From: Eledone cirrhosa
Taxonomy: Eukaryota
DNA length: 64,000 nucleotides
Reading direction: 5' to 3'
NCBI GenBank assembly: GCA_964016885.1
Contig: OZ024750.1
Coordinates: forward strand, 25,110,001-25,174,000
Part shown: in pieces, positions 54,261 to 64,000 of the stretch
Layout of the letters: the number at the start of each line of letters is the position of its first letter
How positions within the stretch are numbered: position 1 is the first letter of the stretch
The notes under the pieces: model-generated
Told to the model about the DNA's origin: nothing
What the model saw: only the letters and a program-made list of their open reading frames with translations
Databases searched by the model: none
Translations under genes and position numbers: made by a program

Positions 54261-55484
54261 TTTATAATAAAATTAAAGTAATGGCATAAAAATAATAAGA
54301 TCAAGTAAAGGAGTTTTAACCAAATATAGCAACAGCCAAGATTCCTTCAGTGAATATTAAGAAGAAATATGTTGAATCTTGCTTGGTTGTCTTCACTCAA
54401 ATTTAAGTTATCTTGAAGATATTCAATCCTAGAAAAAGTAAGATTCTCTGAATCTAGTAAGCTATTTCTGAGTTAAAATCTTCCTCATCAGAACTAGCTG
54501 AGTATATGTCTATGTATGGTCCCGCAACTCCTGATAGAGTGGTAGAGGCATCATATTGACATATGGTGTTTCTTGGCCATTTTAAGCCTGGCGGAGCCCA
54601 TCCCTCTCCAGGCCTGAGTACAGTAGATTTCTTCCAGAGAAAGATAGAAAGTGAGAAAGAGGAAATAAGAGATATAGAGGAAGAATTGACCCCAGTACTA
54701 GACTGGTATTTTTTTAATTTTTATTGACCTCGAAAGGATGAAAGGCAAAGTTGAGCTCGGCAGGATTTGAACTCAAAGAGCAGAGAGCCAGAACGAATAC
54801 CATAAAGCATGCTATCCGATGTTCTAACAACTCTGTCAATTCGCTGCCTTATATTAGTCTATACTGACAACAAAAACCAATTCTATATTACTCAGAACTG
54901 GCTAAGTATATTAGTCTATACTGACAACAAAAAAAAACAACCAAGTCTATATTCATATTTATTGATAACTTTGTTCTACTTGTAAGACACAAACAGCTGT
55001 CTGGTTTTATTTCCTCTTATTCTTCTAATTTGTTTACTAACCCTTAATTAGCTGCCATCTTGACTGAAACAAAAACTTGTCTGAAGACTTTGTTTATAAA
55101 GCAACTTAATACTTTTACTAAGCCTACTTGACGAGCATGAGTCGTTAATAGCTGTGTTAGTAATTAAACATTACAAGGAGCAGTGTATTGTTACCATTAG
55201 ATGAATACATATAATGTTAATATAGAGTACTATGTTATGTTGGCATGTGACAAACATAACTTGATTTAATAGTAAATAAATCATTGAACAAGATTGATCT
55301 ATTTTTACACCAACTGAATCAATCTGGTCACTGGAGAACTCGATTTATAGACATACTAATCAATAATTAGTACAATGTTGTTGCCACTTACTCTAGTTAG
55401 ACAATAGGAAAAGCTTATAAATCTGGTTAGTATTGAATAACTAATGAACATAATATATTGTATATTGTTTACATTGAAGATTAG

Positions 55485-55538
<54 letters not shown>

Positions 55539-55604
55539 AATAAATAAATAAATACATATATATATATATATATTTATTTATATATATAAATATATATATA
55601 TATA

Positions 55605-55775
55605 AACGAAGGAAATGTGGTAAGGAACCAGATGGACCATAACGCACCAAAGTACTCAATACTTAGGGTAGTAGAGTGGGTAATAGGAATGAGTAGAACC
55701 CTGACGGCTAATTCTGTCCAGAATTAGCCGTCGAATCAGCTTGAGCTCAGCCCTCGAGGTCCTACTCGTTCCTAT
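55605..55775 (-). mobile_element. (TA)n-flanked tail+hairpin element (family D, copy 2, deleted in one arm)
   Basis: Homologous to 63162-63360. Confidence 0.7.
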
Positions 55776-55820
55776 ATATATATATATATATATATGTATT
55801 TATATATATATATATGTATT

Positions 55821-55853
<33 letters not shown>

Positions 55854-55879
55854 ATATATATATGTATTTATATGTATTT

Positions 55880-56052
55880 ATTGGGATAACTTGAACCGTT
55901 AAGGTATATCAACCTTGGTCATGTCAAATATTTATAAAACATTTTGTATTTTATCTGATGATAGCGTACCAAAATTTTTGGTACCCTTTAAATATATGTA
56001 ATAGAATAAATATGGTTTTATAAATATAGTTTCCATTTATTTAATATCATTG
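55880..56052 (+). mobile_element. Degenerate relative of the 19114 element with a mutated hammerhead (GAAA>TAAA)
   Basis: tattttat-CTGATGA...TAAA-tatatg-TA-atagaata, followed by aatatggttttataaatatagtttccatttat identical to the 19114 element. Confidence 0.7.
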
Positions 56053-56103
56053 TATATGTATTTATATGTATTTATATATTTATATGTATTTATATATGTA
56101 TAT

Positions 56104-56445
56104 GGAGGCACATGGCTTAGTGGTTAGAGCATTGGCCTTGCAATCGAAAGCTTGTGAGTTCAATTCTCAGACCGGGTGATGTGTTGTTTCCTTGAGCAAG
56201 ACACTTTATTTCACATTGCTTCAGTTTACTCAGCTGTAGAAATGAGATGATAGGGACTGGGGTCCCTATCATTCCACTGCAAAGTGGTCGTGGAGGTGCC
56301 ACGGCAAAAAACCACCCAGCACTCACTGTAAATGAGGTTGGTGTTAGGAAGGGCATCCAGCTGTAGAAATCAAGCCAGAATCAGTTTCCGTCCCACCCTT
56401 GCAAGCAGGGAAAAAGCGGACGTAAAATGAAATGAAAAAAAAATG
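56104..56445 (+). mobile_element. Full-length CORE-SINE with RTE tail
   Basis: Homologous to 11875-12215. Confidence 0.88.
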
Positions 56446-56568
56446 ATATGTATTTACATATGTATATGTATTTATATATGTATATGTATTTATATATATA
56501 TATATATGTATTTATTTATATATATATTTATATAATATAAGATCAAAAGATGGTTAAGAGTTCCAAGT

Positions 56569-56637
56569 ATTTTATTATGCGCATTTCAGAAACAAATATC
56601 ATCATGGGATGATCTCTGCGTTCTCATCAGATAAAAT
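56569..56637 (-). ncRNA. Type I minimal hammerhead ribozyme motif (family E, copy 2; element 56537-56700)
   Basis: Minus strand attttat-CTGATGA-gaacg...tttct-GAAA-tgcgca-TA-ataaaat. Confidence 0.7.
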
Positions 56638-57009
56638 AGGGAGACATGATATGAAGCTTAAAAAACACTTGTGAATACTGAAGTTTTAAATCAACATATG
56701 AAAAATAAATTAAGATTGATGTATGCGATTTGGAAAAAGTGAGGGGGGGGGAGTTGTTATATTTATATATATATATATGTATTTATATATGTATATGTAT
56801 TTATATATATATATATGTATTTATATATGTGGAACCAACCAACCAACCAGAAATTTATAAATTTATAAATTTATTATAAATTTATTATAATAAATTGAAG
56901 TGAAAGCAACTGGTGCGTGTGTTTCTTATTGGCAACATGACCCTCCCAAAGTATAACAATATATGTATTTAGATATATATATATGTATTTATATATATTT
57001 ATATATATG

Positions 57010-57056
<47 letters not shown>

Positions 57057-57394
57057 GCAGTAGTAGAAGTATTGTATAATGTATGTGGAAAGAAAGGAGA
57101 AATTAGCTTAGCTATTTTGTCTGCAGGACACAGTGGAACCAACGCTCTGACATACGTGTAGAGTCTGTCACTCGCTCCCTTTCCCCTTTTCTTTCATCTC
57201 TTGTCTAATACTCTTGCTTTTTTTTTTTCAATTACATTTTACATAATACAAACATTGTGTTATTTAATGTTAGTTATTCACTGTTAAAAATGTTCAATAC
57301 CATAAAGATTGTAATGCTTACTAAATATTATTGATTGGTAGCATAAGGAAACTTATATATAGCCTGAAAGATGAACAGTAACTATAAACTTTAA

Positions 57395-57607
57395 CCCTTT
57401 AGCATTTACATTACTCTCTATATATTATTATATTTTCATGGTAAACACTTTATCTCACATAATATCTCATATATTGAATCAATGAGATTTTGATATTCAT
57501 TTTGAGAATAATACCTTAACATCAGTATGGGTGGCCATTAAAGCCAGTTTGAACAGAAAGAGGTGAGAGAATTCTGGCTGGTTATGACCAATTTAAATGT
57601 TAAAGGG
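57395..57607 (+). mobile_element. piggyBac-like MITE
   Basis: TTAA|ccctttagcattta ... taaatgttaaaggg|TTAA. Confidence 0.85.
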
Positions 57608-57825
57608 TTAATTTCTCTGGTTCATGTGATAGCTGTTCTTTACAGTTTTTCTTACTTCTCATTAATATAGCAACCCTTCTTCTTCTTCTTCTTTGCCCAC
57701 TTATTCCTGAGGTGGTTGTATTGGCAGAGTCCCCAAACACCCTCTCCTGCAGGTCCTGTCAGAAGCAACCATCTCCAACTAATCCAGCTGGATTCAATAC
57801 CAACCATCTTATATTATATATATAT

Positions 57826-58177
57826 GGAGGAGGTTATAGTTCACTTGAAGCATTGTGTAATGAGGTATAAACGTTTGTATATGTATAATAAAGCCAAAAC
57901 AATGCAGGTATGGACATAGAATAAAGAATGCAAATGCAAAAGATATTGTTGACAATTAGTCTTTTACCTTTTACCTATCAGCATGACTTGGCAAGCTATT
58001 TAGAACACTGGTTTGAGACCTTTACTTCCCTCTGAAGAAGAGATATTATCTCGAAAATTAAGGACATTTAAATAAATCTAAGGTAAAAGACTAATTGTCA
58101 ACAATATCTTTTGCATTTGCATTCTTTATTCTATGTCCATACCTGCATTGTTTTGGCTTTATTATACACATACAAAC

Positions 58178-58184
<7 letters not shown>
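57826..58184 (-). mobile_element. (TA)n-flanked fold-back element with 105-bp arms and a candidate hammerhead in the spacer
   Basis: Arms 57866-57970 and 58080-58184, tail 57826-57865. The motif cct-CTGAAGA-a-gagat-att-atctc-GAAA-atta-agg is at 58029-58063 (+). Confidence 0.65.
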
Positions 58185-58239
<55 letters not shown>

Positions 58240-59932
58240 TTCTTTACATTGCTTTAAATCCTGTTATGTGTATATATGCATGTTTTTTTGTTGTTGACAA
58301 TGCTTTAACATGTATATATATATATATATACACGAGCGAGACACAGTCACCCAACCAATCTTGCTTCAAGTGGGACAACTCCCGTCTAACCTATGCTCGC
58401 GTAGAAGATAGACGTTAAACGATGATGATGATATATACATATATATATGTTTGTGTACATTGCTTTAAACCATGTGATGTATATATGTGTGTTTTGTTTA
58501 CATTGCTTTACACACTGTGATAGGAAGGGCTTCCAGCCATAGAAGACCTGCCAAACAAAGGGTTGGGAGTGCCCTTCAATTGGGTCAAAGAGATTACAAC
58601 CTACTCTGTCTGTGCACTCAAAAGGATGGAAGACCATACGTATGTGAGATAAAGATCGCCCCCCCCCCCCCCCCCCGGTCTGTCTGGGAGGCTAGTAACC
58701 TCACTTTAGTACTGATTTAGTCTATGAAGACCTGTCTAATCTTTGCTAACAAGGAAAGCAGATGTTAAACAACGATAATGATATATTTGTGTGATAATGA
58801 TATATATATATATATGTTTACATTGCTTTAAACACTGGTGTTGTTTATATTGTGATCTTTTACATCCTGTAACTTAGTGGTTTGACAAACAGAGTTTGAT
58901 AGCGTAAATATCAGACTGAAATAAATATTGGTGTTGAAATGATCAGCCATGAAGTCTGTGTCCCAGCATAGATACAGTCCAATAGATGGAACCAGGAAAA
59001 GAATGTTCTAAATATTTTCAATACTTAATCAAGATTCAAGTTTATTAAAATTTTTCTCATGATTCTATCTTGATAAATAATCTTCTCTTATGATGTCTTT
59101 TTTTGTCTAATTACATTTCTGAAAGACAGACACACAGAAGTATGCTTTTATTTTTAATCTAACTGGAGACTAAATTGTTTTATATTTCTGTAAGACATCT
59201 GTTGATAGAGTTTTCACAGCTACTACGTCAAGGAGATATTATGATTTTTGCTAATTACAATCCCAATGAGTTGTCTGCCAGGTTCATTATATAGTTACTA
59301 TTTATAATACAGTTAAAAGAAATTATTGTAAGTTAGAATAGCGATCCTTCGTCTTAAATAATATGTAAAACATTTGTTGATATGTTGGAATGCAGATTCA
59401 TGCAGCCTTTGCCAGCATGAATAAATAAATAAATAAACAGGAAAATGCTGCACTTAATGCATATATTGCAAGTTTTACTAAATACCATAGGGTGGTGAAT
59501 TGGTAGAACCATTCAAACATCAGATGAATTACTTTACAGTATTTCTTCCTATACTCTGTGCTCTAAGTTTAAATCTTGCGTGGAACAAATTTATATTTGC
59601 ACCCAGTACTCACTGTAAATGAGGTTGGTGTTAGGAAGGGCATCCAGCTGTAGAAATCAAGCCAGAATCAGTTCCCGTCCCACCCTTGCAAGCAGGGAAA
59701 CGCGGGCGTAAAATGATGATGATGATGATTTTATCCTTCTAAAGTTGATAAATAAAGTACCAGTGAAGTATTTAAGTTGGTATTATTAACATTCCCCTCT
59801 CCCTTGAAAATTAATGGACTGGTCTGGTCTTGTATCTAAATTAGAAACTATTATTAAATCCTCAGTGGAGGAATATGTGACTTAAGGTGTTGTAGTGTCT
59901 ATTCTAGAGTTAGTGAGGGGTGTATAAGTTAA

Positions 59933-60152
59933 CCCTTTAGCATTTACATTACTCTATATTTACTATTATATTTTTATGGTAAAGGCTTTACTGCACATAA
60001 TTATCTCACATAATATCGAATCTATGAGATTTTGATATTATTTATTTTGAGAGCAATACCTTAACATCAGTTTGAGCAACCAGTTACAGCCAGTTTCAAC
60101 AGAAAGAGGTAGAGAATTCTGGCCGGTTTTGGCCGGTTTGAGCATTAAAGGG
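59933..60152 (+). mobile_element. piggyBac-like MITE
   Basis: TTAA|ccctttagc ... attaaaggg|TTAA. Confidence 0.85.
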
Positions 60153-60278
60153 TTAAGATGTTGTATATATGCTAGAGCTAGTGAGGAGTATGTGAGTTGA
60201 GTTAAAGTGATATAATATATTTTCTACAGTTAGAGAGGTATATGTAAGTTAAGTTAAGATGTTGTATATATTCTAGAT

Positions 60279-60601
60279 CAGGGGTGTGCAATAGGTAACC
60301 CGCGGGCCACAATCCGGCCTGCCAGACCAGTCAGAGTGGCCTGTGATGACCGTTTTTAATTTTTACCTTGTAGGCTTATTTAGATTTTTTTTTTTTCATA
60401 ACCGTAATACAATTTTCTGTTAGTTGACCTATACTAAAGGGCTTCACTGATAGGGTTATGTGTGTTATAATTTCCAAGTTCCATGTTATGGAAAGAAGTT
60501 ATGGTGAATCTTTGGAATAGTGCTTAATAAATATTAATGGCCCTAACATTTGTTCCAATGTTCAAAAGTGGACCAACAATGGAATATGTTGCACACCCCT
60601 G
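60279..60601. mobile_element. hAT (Charlie-like) MITE
   Basis: TIRs caggggtgtgcaa / ttgcacacccctg. The 8-bp flanks ttctagat / ttctggag resemble the NTCTAGAN target. Confidence 0.8.
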
Positions 60602-60804
60602 TTCTGGAGTGACAGGTATGTGAGTTAAGTTAAGGTGTTGTATATATTTTAGGATATATGAGTTAAGTTATAGACAGTTCCACTGTACATGACTTGCACT
60701 GCTCTTATAAGTCATTCTTCTATGCCTAGTTTCCTTGGGATCGTCTGATGACAGATCGTTGTATTCTATAAAAGGCCTTCTCTAGACCCACAGAAGCTAG
60801 ATAT

Positions 60805-60988
60805 AATTGTTTCTACATTTGGTACAAGGCCAGCAATTACTCAGTACATTACTGGTACTTTATTTTATCGACCCTGTAAGGATGAAAGGCAAAGTTAACC
60901 TCGGCGGGATTTGAACTCAGATCGTAAAGGGACGTAACTATGCTGGAAAGCATGGCGTCCAACTCTCTACCTATACTGCCAATCCACC
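60805..60988 (-). mobile_element. Meta-like SINE
   Basis: Reverse complement of the family consensus. Confidence 0.8.
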
Positions 60989-61534
60989 TTCTCTAGTGGT
61001 TATCTCTTGTAGAAGAGGGTATCTGTGATGCTCCATCTTGGCTCAAAACAAAACTTCATTTTATCTAATCAGCTCTTTCTGTCACTATCATAACTTCGTC
61101 CATCAGTGTTATGCCCCTGTAGTTGCTTCTTTCACTAGTAACAATTAATGAGTGTTCTGATCCACCCCGACATTGGGTATGACCTGAGTATTTGATCTAA
61201 GAGATTGTCTTTTTTGCTGAAATAGCACAATACTTGTAAATCTCCATTGGCAAGTAATACAGCTAAAGAAACTAAATTCAACCGGATAACCCCCCCCCCC
61301 CCATCCTCATCCTCCACTCCACAGTAAAAATAACAACAACAACAGAACCAAACAAAAAACATGTTAGCTCAGTTATAACAGGAAATATTACAAAATTAAT
61401 TGAAATTTTTATAAATTTGTTGTTTTTTTCCAGCACCTAATGTAATTTTTTTTAATTTTTATTTTTTTTATTATTTAAATTTTGCTGTTATCAATGTAAT
61501 TTATTGTATAGAGGATATATTCTGTTATTTGTAA

Positions 61535-62209
61535 TCTCTCTCTGTCTTTGTCTGCCTGTCTCGCTCTCTATCTGCCTGTCTCGCTCTCTATCTATCTCTC
61601 TCTCTCTCTCTCTCTCTCTCCCTCTCTCCCTTTGTCTGTCACCCTCCCACTGTCACTCTCCACCCTTTCTTATTCTGTTTCTCCCTCCTTTTGTCTCTCT
61701 CTCTTTGTCTGTCACCCTCCCTCTGTCACTCTCCCCCCTTTCTTATTCTGTCTCTCCATCCTTCTGTCTCCCTCCCTCTGTCTCCCTCCCTCTCTTTGTC
61801 TGTCACCCTCCCTCTCACTCTCCCCCTTATTCTCTCTCCCCCCCCTTATTCTGTCTCTCTCCCTCTCTCCCTCTTTGTCTCCCTCTGTCTCTCTCTTTCT
61901 CTCCCCCTCTCTCTTTCTCTCCCCCTCTGTCTCTCTCTTTCTCTCCCCCTCTGTCTCTCTCTTTCTCGCCCTCCCTCTGTCTCTCTCTTTCTCTCCCTCC
62001 CTCTGTCTCTCTCTTTCTCTCCCCCTCTGTCTCTCTCTTTCTCCCCCTCCCTCTGTCTCTCTCTTTCTCTCCCTCCCTCTGTCTCTCTCTTTCTCTTCCT
62101 CCCTCTGTCTCTCTCTCTCCCTCCCTCTCTCTCTCTCTCTCTTTGTATATCTCCCTCCCTCTCTGTCTTTCACCCTTCTTTCTCATTCTGTCTCTCTTTG
62201 TCTCCCTCC

Positions 62210-62253
<44 letters not shown>

Positions 62254-62410
62254 CTCCCCCCCCCCCATTATACCCCCCATCTTCTGTTAAAGTGAGTGGG
62301 TTACTCCATTGTCACTTTCTCACATTACCTCCCTATTTTCCTGTGGACAATTTTTCCAATTTTATTTTCCTGGCACTTCCTTTACCTCTCTTGATACAAG
62401 CTGTGACACA

Positions 62411-62455
<45 letters not shown>

Positions 62456-62613
62456 ACACACACACACACACACACCACACACACACCACACACACACACA
62501 CACACACACCACACACACACCACACACACACACACACACATACCACACACACACCACACACACACACACACACATACCACACACACACCACACACACACA
62601 CACACATACCACA

Positions 62614-62677
<64 letters not shown>

Positions 62678-62760
62678 CCACACACACACCACACACACAC
62701 ACCACACACACACCACACACACATACCACACACACACCACACACACACCACACACACACA

Positions 62761-62806
<46 letters not shown>

Positions 62807-62825
62807 CACACACACACACCACACC
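61535..62825. repeat. CT-rich tract followed by a degenerate (CA)n tract
   Basis: Direct observation. Confidence 0.9.
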
Positions 62826-62826
62826 T

Positions 62827-63099
62827 TATAGTTGAGATATATATACACACACATAGTTGAGATAGATATATACACACATTATAGTTGAGATATATATATA
62901 TATACATTATAGTTGAGATATATATATATACACATTATAGTTGAGATATATATATATACACATAGTTGAGATATATATATATACACATAGTTGAGATATA
63001 TATATATACACATAGTTGAGATATATATATATACACATTATAGTTGATATATATATATACACACATAGTTGATATATATAGATATATGCATTATAGTTG

Positions 63100-63130
<31 letters not shown>

Positions 63131-63393
63131 TTATAGGTGATATATATATATATATATATATAACGAAGGAAATGTGGTAAGGAACCAGGTGGACCATAAC
63201 GCACCAAAGTACTCAATACTTGAGGTAGTAGAGTGGGTAATAGGAACCAGTAAGACCCCGACAGCTGAGCTCAAGCCGTTTCGACGGCTAATTCTGGACC
63301 GTCCAGAATTAGCCGTCGAAACGGCTTGAGCTCAGCTGTCGGGGTCTTACTGGTTCCTATATATATATATATATATATATATATGCATTATAG

Positions 63394-63447
<54 letters not shown>

Positions 63448-63471
63448 TTATAGGTGATATATATATACATA

Positions 63472-63505
<34 letters not shown>

Positions 63506-63740
63506 TTATAGGTGATATATATATATATATATATGCATTATAGGTGATATATATGTGTATATATATATATATATATGCATTATAGGTGATATATATATAT
63601 ATATATATGCATTATAGGTGATATATATGTGTATATATATATATATATATATGCATTATAGGTGATATATATATATGCATTATAGGTGATATATATGCAT
63701 TATAGGTGATATATATATATACATTATAGTTGAGATATAT
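62827..63740. repeat. TA-rich minisatellite (cattatagttgaga/gcattataggtga + (TA)n)
   Basis: Repeated units with variable TA length, interrupted by a family D element. Confidence 0.85.
63162..63360 (-). mobile_element. (TA)n-flanked tail+hairpin element (family D, copy 3) with a perfect 60-bp palindrome
   Basis: Arms 63240-63299 and 63301-63360 with a 1-nt centre. Confidence 0.75.
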
Positions 63741-64000
63741 ATACATATATACACACACACATCTTTATACTTGTAGACAACTAAAACTGTATTCACCTAT
63801 AAGGTACTGATTGCTGATAGACAAATAATTGCTATGATTAGGATAAGAGGCTGTAAAAAGAGAATTGAGGTTGTAATTTATATATAAAAGTCTTTGATGG
63901 TAGATAGTGATAGAACAATAAATAAGATAAGTAGATGAGATGGAGTGATGTTAGAGTAACATCAGATTGAATGATTTCATGCCTGGATGGATAGGTAGAT

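Noticed and set aside
60745-60751. CTGATGA hammerhead-like heptamer
   Set aside because: No downstream stem II-GAAA-UH arrangement.

Overview
AT-rich, repeat-dense eukaryotic DNA with no recognisable host-gene coding exon, so probably a very large intron or intergenic region. The SINE/LINE repertoire and microsatellite density suggest a coleoid cephalopod such as Octopus (inference). It contains one intact RTE-clade LINE ORF (APE endonuclease plus RT with a PHD-like finger inside the RT), several truncated RTE copies and R4-like and CRE-like relics. There are also two tRNA-derived SINE groups, an internally deleted mariner, piggyBac/hAT/mariner MITEs, a short Helitron and many mini- and microsatellites. 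The most striking signal is a set of short non-coding elements sitting in or beside (TA)n tracts. Several are fold-back palindromes with a one-sided tail, several carry minimal hammerhead ribozyme motifs (CUGANGA...GAAA-palindrome-UH), and several share a TYGAGTNCTT tail motif. This fits Penelope-like pseudo-LTR or retrozyme-type elements. A perfect recursive-splice-type junction (Yn-CAG|GTAAGT) lies at 23810/23811. All calls were made by eye, with no database searches.
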